The notes under the pieces: generated by a model
Told to the model about the DNA's origin: nothing
What the model saw: the letters and a program-made list of their open reading frames with translations, nothing else
Database searches by the model: none
Part shown: in pieces, positions 18,985 through 27,136 of the stretch
Numbering within the stretch: position 1 is the stretch's first letter
Layout of the letters: every line of letters begins with the position of its first letter
Made by a program: the position numbers and the translations under genes
Assembly: GCA_023382265.1 (NCBI GenBank)
Contig: JAMCPX010000008.1
Span: 84,274-148,273, forward strand
From: Deltaproteobacteria bacterium
GTDB lineage: Bacteria > JAMCPX01
Reading direction: 5' to 3'
Length of the DNA stretch: 64,000 nt

Positions 18985-19753
18985 ACCCAATATAGGTCTA
19001 TTTGTTCTATTAAGTATATGTGTGTCTTTATCAAACGCGGGCTACGCTTCACAGAACAATAATGCTCATGTAAAAAATACATGCGTTATATGCCACTCTA
19101 AAATATCGGGCGAAACCTTTGTAGGAATCAAATCGCACTCATGGGAGAATTCTATTCATCAAGAACACGGTATAACCTGTAATCAATGCCATGGTGGAAA
19201 CCCGAAGGCAATTACAACCGCAAAGGCACATATTGGTGTATTAGGTTCAAGCAATCCGGATAGCGGTGTGTATTATAAGAATATCCCAAAGACATGCGGC
19301 AGATGTCATAATAAAGAACTTTACAAGTATACGGAAAGCAATCATTTTAAAAAGCTTGAAGCAACTGGACAGGGGCCTAATTGTGTAACATGTCATGGTT
19401 CTATGGTAACAACAATATTAACGCCGGACGATATGGCAAACGTATGTGATAAATGTCATAACACAAGGATTGGTGTTTTTCCCTATATCCCCGAGAAGGC
19501 AAAGGCTGTCCTGATGTTGCTTGATACAGAAGGATCCCTTATCGCCGCAGATGAAAAGATATACAGCAGCAGTAAAGAAGATATGCAGATATTGCAAAAA
19601 GCGAAGAGCCAGTTTTCTAATGCGAAACTCGAATGGCATGCATTTGACCTGGATAAAATAACAAAATATCTTCAAAATACAGAAGAAATCCTAAAAGAGT
19701 TAAGCAAGCCTCCGGTACAAACAAGCCCGGTAAGCAAACAGCATAATAAATAA
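18974..19753 (+). CDS. Soluble periplasmic pentaheme cytochrome c
   Basis: Signal peptide; CVICH, CNQCH, CGRCH, CVTCH, CDKCH; helical C-terminus with no TM; GGAGG SD. Confidence 0.88.
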   Translation: MLNKPNIGLFVLLSICVSLSNAGYASQNNNAHVKNTCVICHSKISGETFVGIKSHSWENSIHQEHGITCNQCHGGNPKAITTAKAHIGVLGSSNPDSGVYYKNIPKTCGRCHNKELYKYTESNHFKKLEATGQGPNCVTCHGSMVTTILTPDDMANVCDKCHNTRIGVFPYIPEKAKAVLMLLDTEGSLIAADEKIYSSSKEDMQILQKAKSQFSNAKLEWHAFDLDKITKYLQNTEEILKELSKPPVQTSPVSKQHNK

Positions 19754-20003
19754 TTTATTACGATTTCGGCGATGTTCGTGCATATATGCTTATGATAGAA
19801 TAGTTTACTATCCTGCAGTATAGTTGATTTTGTGTGTAAAACAAAAATTGCAGTTCAATACAGTACCTCAGGGTAATATGTAACGATAGTTTCAAGTATC
19901 ATAGGCTGGGCCCGGTGTTGAAAGAACAAAAAGGTTGCTCTATTGTATATGCGGATTGGCAACCGGGTTGACTTATACGCAATGTGCTATCATAATGCAT
20001 TGC

Positions 20004-20093
20004 GGAGAGGTACCGAAGTGGTCATAACGGGCCCGCCTCGAAAGCGGGTATCCTGGGCAACCGGGAACGTGGGTTCGAATCCCACCCTCTCCG
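20004..20093 (+). tRNA. tRNA-Ser(CGA)
   Basis: Acceptor stem GGAGAGG/CCTCTCC, anticodon arm CCCGC-CTCGAAA-GCGGG, long variable arm, GTTCGAATC T-loop, discriminator G. CCA is not encoded (TTA follows). Confidence 0.95.
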
Positions 20094-20237
20094 TTAATGA
20101 GGGATGGCACTGTTTAATCCAAAAAAAGTGCAGCAGGAAAGTTTGCCTTTTAATTTTTCAAATACATTATTCCGGCTGGCTTATTTTTACTTGAATTATC
20201 GGTGTTTTTATTCTATCCTCCTTAAAAGAGGTATTCT

Positions 20238-20663
20238 ATGGCAGAACAGATTTCCGTATTTATAGAAAATATTGCAGGCAGACTGAAAGAGATTACCGCT
20301 TTACTGAAAAATGCTAACATTGATATAAAGGCTATAACAATAGCGGATGCGCCGGATTTTGGGGTTGTGAGGATGATCGTTGATAACACAAAAAAGGCAT
20401 TGAGTCTGCTCAGAAGCGCAAAGTTTATAACAAGAACAACGGACGTTGTTGCAGTAAAGATCGAAAACAAGCCGGGCAGCCTGTTCAATGTGCTGAAAGT
20501 GCTTGAAAAATCGAACATCGATATAGAGTATCTTTACTCTTATACTGCAAGCCCACGTGAACATGCCATTCTCGTGTTCCGGTTTGATAATAATGAATCT
20601 GCCCAAAAGGCACTGTCGAATTCACAAATATCGATTTTATCTACAGAAGAACTGTTAAAATAA
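20238..20663 (+). CDS. Tandem ACT domain protein
   Basis: QISVFIEN..GRL, IADAPDFGVVRMIVD, PGSL and IEYLYS; the family usually found beside phenylacetate-CoA ligase genes. Confidence 0.88.
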   Translation: MAEQISVFIENIAGRLKEITALLKNANIDIKAITIADAPDFGVVRMIVDNTKKALSLLRSAKFITRTTDVVAVKIENKPGSLFNVLKVLEKSNIDIEYLYSYTASPREHAILVFRFDNNESAQKALSNSQISILSTEELLK

Positions 20664-20734
20664 AAAGAGGAGGACTCTATGAAAAAATCCTTTCAAGATC
20701 GGGTCAGAGATCCTGAACCGGCAGGAAGCGTATT

Positions 20735-21565
20735 ATGACTACAAACAAAGAGGGCATGATAAAATCCAAAGACGGTACAGAGATATTTTACAAATACATA
20801 CTTACGGATAAGCCAAAGGCGTCCGTTTTCATTGTCCACGGACTTGGAGAGCACCTCGGCAGGTATGATAACGTAACAAACACACTGAAAGAGTATAACC
20901 TTTTCCTCCTGGATCTCAGGGGCCACGGCAAGTCTGGAGGCAAAAGGGGGCATGCTATGCGTTTTGATGAGTACCTCGATGATGTGGATGCACTCAGGAA
21001 CGAGGTGAAGGGGCTTGTCCAGGGGAAAACATTCATTCTTGGCCACAGTATGGGAGGGCTCATCGTTTTGCGGTATGCCATCTACAGGCCGGAAGGCATT
21101 TCAGGCGTTGTATCTTCGGGACCGCTGCTCGGGGTAAACGTGAAGGTACCGAAGATTAAAGATGTGATCGGCAGGCTTGTCGCCAATCTTGCTCCGGGCC
21201 TGTCCATGAGCAACGAGATAGATACGAGTAAACTGTCTCACGATAAGGCTGTGGTCGATGCATACAACAACGACCCCCTTGTCCATGCAAAGGTCAGTGC
21301 ACGATGGTATGTTGAAATGGTAAAGGCAATGGAGGATACAAACGCGAATGCAGGCAGATTGTCCATACCGTGCCTGATACTGCATGGCAGTGCCGATGCG
21401 CTCACAAACCCTGGATCGTCAAAGGAGTTTTTTGAAAAGGCCGGTTCCAAAGACAAAACGTACAAACTGTACGAGGGTTATTATCACGAGGTATATAACG
21501 AAGTCGAAAAGCAGAAGCCGCTTTCCGATATGGCGGAATGGCTGAACAAGAGAGCCCAGGAGTAA
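20735..21565 (+). CDS. Lysophospholipase/monoacylglycerol lipase (alpha/beta hydrolase)
   Basis: VHGLGEHLGRY, DLRGHGKSGG, GHSMGG and YHEVYNE. Confidence 0.88.
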   Translation: MTTNKEGMIKSKDGTEIFYKYILTDKPKASVFIVHGLGEHLGRYDNVTNTLKEYNLFLLDLRGHGKSGGKRGHAMRFDEYLDDVDALRNEVKGLVQGKTFILGHSMGGLIVLRYAIYRPEGISGVVSSGPLLGVNVKVPKIKDVIGRLVANLAPGLSMSNEIDTSKLSHDKAVVDAYNNDPLVHAKVSARWYVEMVKAMEDTNANAGRLSIPCLILHGSADALTNPGSSKEFFEKAGSKDKTYKLYEGYYHEVYNEVEKQKPLSDMAEWLNKRAQE

Positions 21566-21567
21566 CC

Positions 21568-23133
21568 ATGTACAAATACAAAACCATTAAAGAACTGATA
21601 TCTGGTCAGGCAAAAGCAAAGCCGGACAAGGTATTCATGTATTATAAGGATATGACAAAAACCCTGCGGGAGCTCGATGATATATCGAATAGAATAGGCA
21701 ATGGCTTGCTTTCGCTCGGCGTTAAAAAGGGTGACAGGGTAACAATGCTTATACCGAACAGGCCCGAGTTTATCTATGCATGGTTCTCATTGATGAAGAC
21801 AGGGGCTGTTATGGTACCGATCAATATCCAGTTCAAACCGGACGAAATAAAATACATTATCAATAATTCCGAAGCCGGCACGCTTATAACGACCGGTGCA
21901 TTCCAGGATACGGTCACAAAGATACGGGGCGAACTGCCGCAGCTGCAGCATATCATCGTCATCGATCCAAAAGATAAGACAGGCATAATTCCCTTTGAAG
22001 ATGTAGTATCGGCGAATCCGTCTGAGCCGGCCGTTGCTGTCGGTGAGTATGATTATGCATCATTCATCTATACCTCGGGCACCACGGGTTATCCCAAGGG
22101 AGTGATAGATACAAACCGCAATTACATCGCGAATGCCCACCAGATTGCCGAGGCCGCTGATTTTACCGAGAAAGACAGGGCTATGCTCATACTGCCATTG
22201 TTCCACTGCAATGCACAGGTCGTTACCGTGCTTGCACCGATGTACGCAGGTGCAAGTTTTGTTCTGATGGAAGGGTTCTCTCCAAAGGATTTTCTGCCGG
22301 CAATCGATAAGTACAGGCCCTCGACATTCAGCGGGGTGCCGACTGTCTATGCAATTCTAAACAGTCTGCCCGATGCCGGGAAGTACGACCTTTCCTCCCT
22401 GAGGTTTGTTATATGCGGAGCGGCGCCCATGCCGGTCGAGGTATTCAACACGTTCGAGGAAAAGTACAAGGCGTTTATACTCGAAGGCTACGGTCTTTCA
22501 GAGGCAACCTGTGCCAGCATCATTAACCCGTTAAAGGGTAAGAGGAAAATAGGCTCTATCGGCAAGCCTCTCAACGGCCAGGATGCAAGGATCCTCGATG
22601 AAAACAACAAAGAACTGCCGCAGGGACAGATTGGAGAGATCTGCATCAAGGGCGATGTGGTCATGGCAGGTTATTACAAAAACCCCGAGGCAACGGCAGC
22701 CACGATAAAGGACGGATGGCTGCATACCGGTGATCTCGGTTACATGGACGAGGAAGGATACATCTACATCATAGGCAGAAAAAAAGAGATGATCATACGC
22801 GGCGGGGAAAACATCTATCCCAAAGAGATAGAAGAGGTTTTGTACAAGTATCAGAAAGTACAGGATGCGGCTGTCGTCGGCATACCTGATCCCAAATGGG
22901 GAGAAGAGGTGTTCGGGTTTATAGTGCCGAAACAGGGCATGCAAATAGCAGAGCAGGATCTTGTGGACTTTTTAAAAGAAAAGATAGCCAATTACAAGAT
23001 ACCGAAGAAGTTTGTTATTACGGATGCCTTTCCCAAGACAGCAACAGGCAAGATACAAAAGAATAAGATCATCGGGCAGTATGCACAAGAACACGGGATC
23101 GATCTTTCAAAGAAGTTTGCCGCAAAAAAATAA
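21568..23133 (+). CDS. Long-chain fatty-acid--CoA ligase (AMP-binding)
   Basis: YTSGTTGYPKG, EGYGLSEA, WLHTGDLG, GGENIYP and PKTATGKIQK; AGGAG SD. Confidence 0.9.
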   Translation: MYKYKTIKELISGQAKAKPDKVFMYYKDMTKTLRELDDISNRIGNGLLSLGVKKGDRVTMLIPNRPEFIYAWFSLMKTGAVMVPINIQFKPDEIKYIINNSEAGTLITTGAFQDTVTKIRGELPQLQHIIVIDPKDKTGIIPFEDVVSANPSEPAVAVGEYDYASFIYTSGTTGYPKGVIDTNRNYIANAHQIAEAADFTEKDRAMLILPLFHCNAQVVTVLAPMYAGASFVLMEGFSPKDFLPAIDKYRPSTFSGVPTVYAILNSLPDAGKYDLSSLRFVICGAAPMPVEVFNTFEEKYKAFILEGYGLSEATCASIINPLKGKRKIGSIGKPLNGQDARILDENNKELPQGQIGEICIKGDVVMAGYYKNPEATAATIKDGWLHTGDLGYMDEEGYIYIIGRKKEMIIRGGENIYPKEIEEVLYKYQKVQDAAVVGIPDPKWGEEVFGFIVPKQGMQIAEQDLVDFLKEKIANYKIPKKFVITDAFPKTATGKIQKNKIIGQYAQEHGIDLSKKFAAKK

Positions 23134-23177
23134 GCATACAGCTACTTTCAATACGCAAGAGAAAATTGAGAAGTAAG

Positions 23178-23828
23178 ATGTCGTGGAATAAGGATTATGA
23201 AAAGTCGGGTAGGATATGGGGAGAAAATCCAGGAGAACTTGCAAAAGCCGCAGTCCGATATCTGAAAAAAAACAAGTCCGCCAGCGAAAGCCTTAATCTT
23301 CTGGACATTGGTTGCGGCTACGGAAGGGACGCATTCTATCTTTCGGACAATCTTCAATGCAATACTCTTGGAATAGATGTCTCGGAAAAGGCAACAGAGA
23401 TTGCAATGAGTACGGTCATAAAAACAAAAAAAAACAATATCATGTTTCAATCCATTGATTTTGCATCACTGGGAGGAGACAAATATGATATTGTGTTTGC
23501 CTCGAACGTATATCAGATCCTGCATCCGCATGAAAGGGAGGCATTCAGGGTTGCGGCAAAAAAAGCATTAAGGCCGGAAGGTCTGCTGTTCCTTGCTACC
23601 CTTTCCACAAGGGATCCAGAGCATTACGGTAAAGGCATGAAGGTTGAAGGAGAAGAAAACTCTTTTAAAGACGAGAAGTACCTCCATTTTTGTACGAAGG
23701 AAGAGCTCATGCAAGACTTCGGATTTCTGAACATAAAAGAGCTCTATGAGCAGCAGTACACCGAGCCCCGCTCAACCGGAGAAACCCACCACCACGTATC
23801 ATGGATACTGATAGGGTTTGCATCTTAA
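23178..23828 (+). CDS. Class I SAM-dependent methyltransferase
   Basis: LLDIGCGYGRD motif I; YDIVF; LRPEG. Confidence 0.85.
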   Translation: MSWNKDYEKSGRIWGENPGELAKAAVRYLKKNKSASESLNLLDIGCGYGRDAFYLSDNLQCNTLGIDVSEKATEIAMSTVIKTKKNNIMFQSIDFASLGGDKYDIVFASNVYQILHPHEREAFRVAAKKALRPEGLLFLATLSTRDPEHYGKGMKVEGEENSFKDEKYLHFCTKEELMQDFGFLNIKELYEQQYTEPRSTGETHHHVSWILIGFAS

Positions 23829-24244
23829 CCAATGTCCAGACTTTGTCATCAAAAAACGCAATAGAAAGTTGACCATAGGATGAACAGTTCCTTGGTGAAC
23901 GATCTTGCCGTATACCTTGCAATAGTATATGAATAAAACGATGCATCTGTCCCGGTCTTCGAAATGAGCCTCGATTACAGCTTCAACGACTGGCATCCGA
24001 TCTGATTCCGGGAAACGACCTTTACCTCATCTGATATAAGAGCATGGGCCGTACCCATTCCCCTGCTGTACCGACCCTTGACCACTACCTCCCCATGATT
24101 TACACAATGGCACTGCGGGAGAAGCATGAACCCCTCACGTTCATATATGAAGGATTCCAGCACGCCTCGATCTAAAGAGGTCCTTCAAGATCGATGTATA
24201 AACCAGCATAGGTACAGCAGCAAATATTATCTCCTAATGCAGCT

Positions 24245-24475
24245 ATTATACCGGACAGATTGATGAAAGAACTTAAAACTATTACTCCGGAGAAATCAAA
24301 GACCGCCTTGATTTCCGAAGCTCTGGAAGAATATATTAATAAAAAACGCAGAGAGAAATTAGTGTCCCTCAAGGGATAAATCAATATAGAATACGACTGG
24401 AAAATCGAAGAGGGAAGGGAACTAATGACTGCGAAAGAAAAAGAGAAGGGATATGGCAGAAAGCATAATCGCTGA
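24245..24475 (+). pseudogene. vapB-type (DUF2191-like) antitoxin pseudogene
   Basis: IPDRLMKELK...KSKTALISEALEEYI...LVSLKG*INIEYDWK; in-frame TAA at 24377-24379; start codon missing. Confidence 0.7.
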
Positions 24476-24831
24476 CACGTGTGTCTGGATCGCATATTTC
24501 AGGGGAGAGCCGGCACTATCCAGAAAACTGGAGACCTTGAAAAAAGGGATGCCGTCTCTATTTGTGGAATTGTTTTATACTAGTTGCTCCAAGGGTTAAA
24601 GGACGAAAATGAAAAGAGAGTAATAGGTGACGCTTTCAAAGGACTCCGCTATATTGAAATGCACGAGGATACATGGAAGGGGCTGGCGTATTGACGAAAG
24701 ATATGAAGAGAACCGGTATCACACTGCCGCCATCGGATATTTTTCTCGCTCAGCTTTCAATAGAAAACAACTGCAAGATTTTCACAATAGACAGTTATTT
24801 TAAGAGAATTCCGGGAATAAATCTCTTATAA
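24453..24831 (+). pseudogene. vapC PIN-domain toxin pseudogene
   Basis: MAESIIADTCVWIAYFRG / ICGIVLY*LLQG / GITLPPSDIFLAQ...IFTIDSYFKRIPG spread over three segments: two frameshifts plus TAG at 24581-24583. Confidence 0.82.
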
Positions 24832-24943
24832 GTCAATGGCCACCTTGACATCGGAACAGTACGTTCCTATTCAGTGTTTCAAAAGGTATAAAGCGTATAT
24901 ACAACCCATACTCTTTCTCCTGTTAGAATGTCCCTTTTACCGT

Positions 24944-26344
24944 TTACACGCAGCAGGAAAGCCCGGATATGTCCTTGACAAACGAGAGAGCGCAGGTCTT
25001 GATCGCCTCTGAAAGTGTTGGGAATACGGGCGTTGAGTCGATCACATCGTAGATAGTGTTCTTGTTCTTTATAAGTATCATAGCCTGTGCAATCAGTTCG
25101 CCTGCATTGGGTGCGAGTATGTGGACACCGAGGATCTGGCCTGACTTCGGATGAACAGCCATCTTGATCAAACCTTCTGTTCTATTGAGGATAATCGCCT
25201 TGGGAATATTCTTTAACTCAACGCTTCTGCATGCACAGGTGTTCATCCTGTTCATCTGCTCCTGTTCTATAAGCCCCGCACCTGCAAGCTGCGGATCGGT
25301 AAAGATGGTATACGGCACGGCATCGTAATCCATCGTGAGCTTTGAGCCTGCCAATGCATTCTCAGCGGCAATACTGCCTTCCCTGCCGGCTGTTGTCTCA
25401 AGTCTGGATGGCTGGTTTATCACATCCCCAGCTGCAAACACATTTTCATTCTTTGTTGTGAGATATTGATTCACGATAACCGCATGACGCCTGTCTGTTT
25501 CGACGCCTGATTTATCAAGATCAAGGTCTTTTGTGTTTGGTGTCTTGCCGGTTGCAAGCAGTATCTCGTCACCGCTGACCTCATATTCTGTTTTGTCAAT
25601 ACGATACATTACGACCTTCTTCTTGCCCTTTTTGTATGCCCTTTTCACCTTTGCGCGGGTTTTCATTGTTATGCCTTCTTCTGTAAGCAATGATTCAAGC
25701 CTGTTGACGACCTCTTCTTCACCGGGCTGGAATATCGATGGTTGAAATTCGAGGATCGTTACCTTCGAGCCAAAGCGTGCATACATCTGGGCAAACTCAA
25801 GTCCGAGAGGGCCCGCGCCGACAATGATCAATTCCAATGGCAACACCTTTAACTTCAGGGCCCTTGTGTGTGTGATAAACCCTGTCTCTTTTATACCTTC
25901 TATAGGCGGGACGCTCGCGGTAGAGCCTGTCGCTATAATGATCTTTTTTGCACGGAAGGTTTTACCATCAGCCCTGACCTCGTCTTTTGACGTAAAAGAT
26001 GCCCTTCCCTGAAGAACGGTTACATGCTCGAGACGCTTCAGCACCTTGTCATACTTTTCTTTCCGCATGATCGCAACAAGGTCCAGCTCATGCTGGATGA
26101 CCTCCTTAAAATCAAAGGATTTCACGTTAAGCTCAATCCCCGGAATACCATGATGCCGTGCAAGATGCAATAATTCGCCTGCATACAGCAGTGCCTTCGA
26201 AGGCACGCAGCCGACATTTACACACGTGCCGCCGAGCGGCATACCGTCGTTTATCATGAGCGTTTTAGCATTAAGCTCATTTGCCCTGATTGCCGCTGCA
26301 AAACCGCCTGCACCCGCGCCTATTACAATTAAATCATAATCCAT
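24944..26344 (-). CDS. merA: Mercuric reductase (short form, no NmerA domain)
   Basis: GGTCVNVGCVPSK redox disulfide, FTDPQLA, FPTLSEA and the C-terminal vicinal cysteine pair LSCCV. Confidence 0.85.
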   Translation of the reverse strand: MDYDLIVIGAGAGGFAAAIRANELNAKTLMINDGMPLGGTCVNVGCVPSKALLYAGELLHLARHHGIPGIELNVKSFDFKEVIQHELDLVAIMRKEKYDKVLKRLEHVTVLQGRASFTSKDEVRADGKTFRAKKIIIATGSTASVPPIEGIKETGFITHTRALKLKVLPLELIIVGAGPLGLEFAQMYARFGSKVTILEFQPSIFQPGEEEVVNRLESLLTEEGITMKTRAKVKRAYKKGKKKVVMYRIDKTEYEVSGDEILLATGKTPNTKDLDLDKSGVETDRRHAVIVNQYLTTKNENVFAAGDVINQPSRLETTAGREGSIAAENALAGSKLTMDYDAVPYTIFTDPQLAGAGLIEQEQMNRMNTCACRSVELKNIPKAIILNRTEGLIKMAVHPKSGQILGVHILAPNAGELIAQAMILIKNKNTIYDVIDSTPVFPTLSEAIKTCALSFVKDISGLSCCV

Positions 26345-26519
26345 ATTGCCTCCTTTTAAAGAGTAGAAAGTGCTCTTCAGAGCGCTCTCGACTTGTAGTA
26401 TGTATTAATACTTTAGCTGTTTTTCAGTAACTATGCAAATCTCGTCGATATGCAGTACACTTATCATTTTTGTCTTCTTTCAAAATTCTTTGTCTCTGTA
26501 TAGTCCTCATTGTTTTTAT

Positions 26520-26669
26520 TCATCGCTCTTCACCCTCCATTGCCTCAAGGATGTGGCATTCGCTTACAGGACCCTTTCCTATGCATGCCAGGATCAACTT
26601 TGCCAGCGCCTTCTTCATCCTCTGGAGCGTCCGGATCTTTGCTTCGATGTCTTCTATTTTTGCTTCCGT
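26520..26669 (-). pseudogene. 3' remnant of a MerR-family metal-responsive regulator
   Basis: Frame absent from the ORF track: TEAKIEDIEAKIRTLQRMKKALAKLILACIGKGPVSECHILEAMEGEER* (dimerisation helix plus C-X8-C loop); HTH missing. Confidence 0.8.
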
Positions 26670-26672
26670 GAG

Positions 26673-26945
26673 TCAGTGTACTGTGCCAAAGAGAGCCCTG
26701 TAACCTACAGAAGCCCTGCCTATCCCCATACTCCATAAAAATGCATAGATGACGGCAAAGACAATGCCCAACATGAAATGCATCATTAAGCCAAGTGGTA
26801 TAACTCCTTCCTTCTTGAATATGGAACCGGGTAATCCCACAATTTCCATCTTCGTCATACCCATCTTGGATGCCGCAACCATTACCATAGACATTACAAT
26901 TGTTTTGACTATGCCGGCAACAACTGCTCCTATTATGTTTATCAT
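26673..26945 (-). pseudogene. Truncated small membrane protein
   Basis: Hydrophobic ORF with GAGGT SD; stops at FGTVH* and abuts the merR remnant in the same frame. Confidence 0.5.
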
Positions 26946-27136
26946 ATGCTACCTCTTTATCGCCGTGCAGTTCCTTTATCTCTTCAGGATACCCCATCCT
27001 GAACAGGTTTCCCATATACAACCATTGAAGTTGCAGCTCCGGCGGACATTGAACCCGCGGCCTCGCCGTTTTCCTTTACACCCTGTTTGTGCCGCACAAG
27101 CATGTTGATCAAAGATTGTAGTGAATTAACTGGTCT

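Noticed and set aside
20070..20093. tRNA-Ser 3' end as an att site for an island
   Set aside because: No second copy of the 3' end and no integrase found in the window.
23799..24163. Two short minus-strand ORFs that may be one frameshifted gene
   Set aside because: Probably a remnant, but I cannot assign a family from the sequence.
24581..24583. Amber recoding in vapC
   Set aside because: The gene also has two frameshifts and its antitoxin is broken, so this is ordinary decay.
26673..26675. TGA readthrough (selenocysteine or recoding) fusing the membrane ORF to the MerR-like segment
   Set aside because: The two halves belong to unrelated families, and all intact genes use the standard code. 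A nonsense mutation next to a deletion junction is the simpler explanation.
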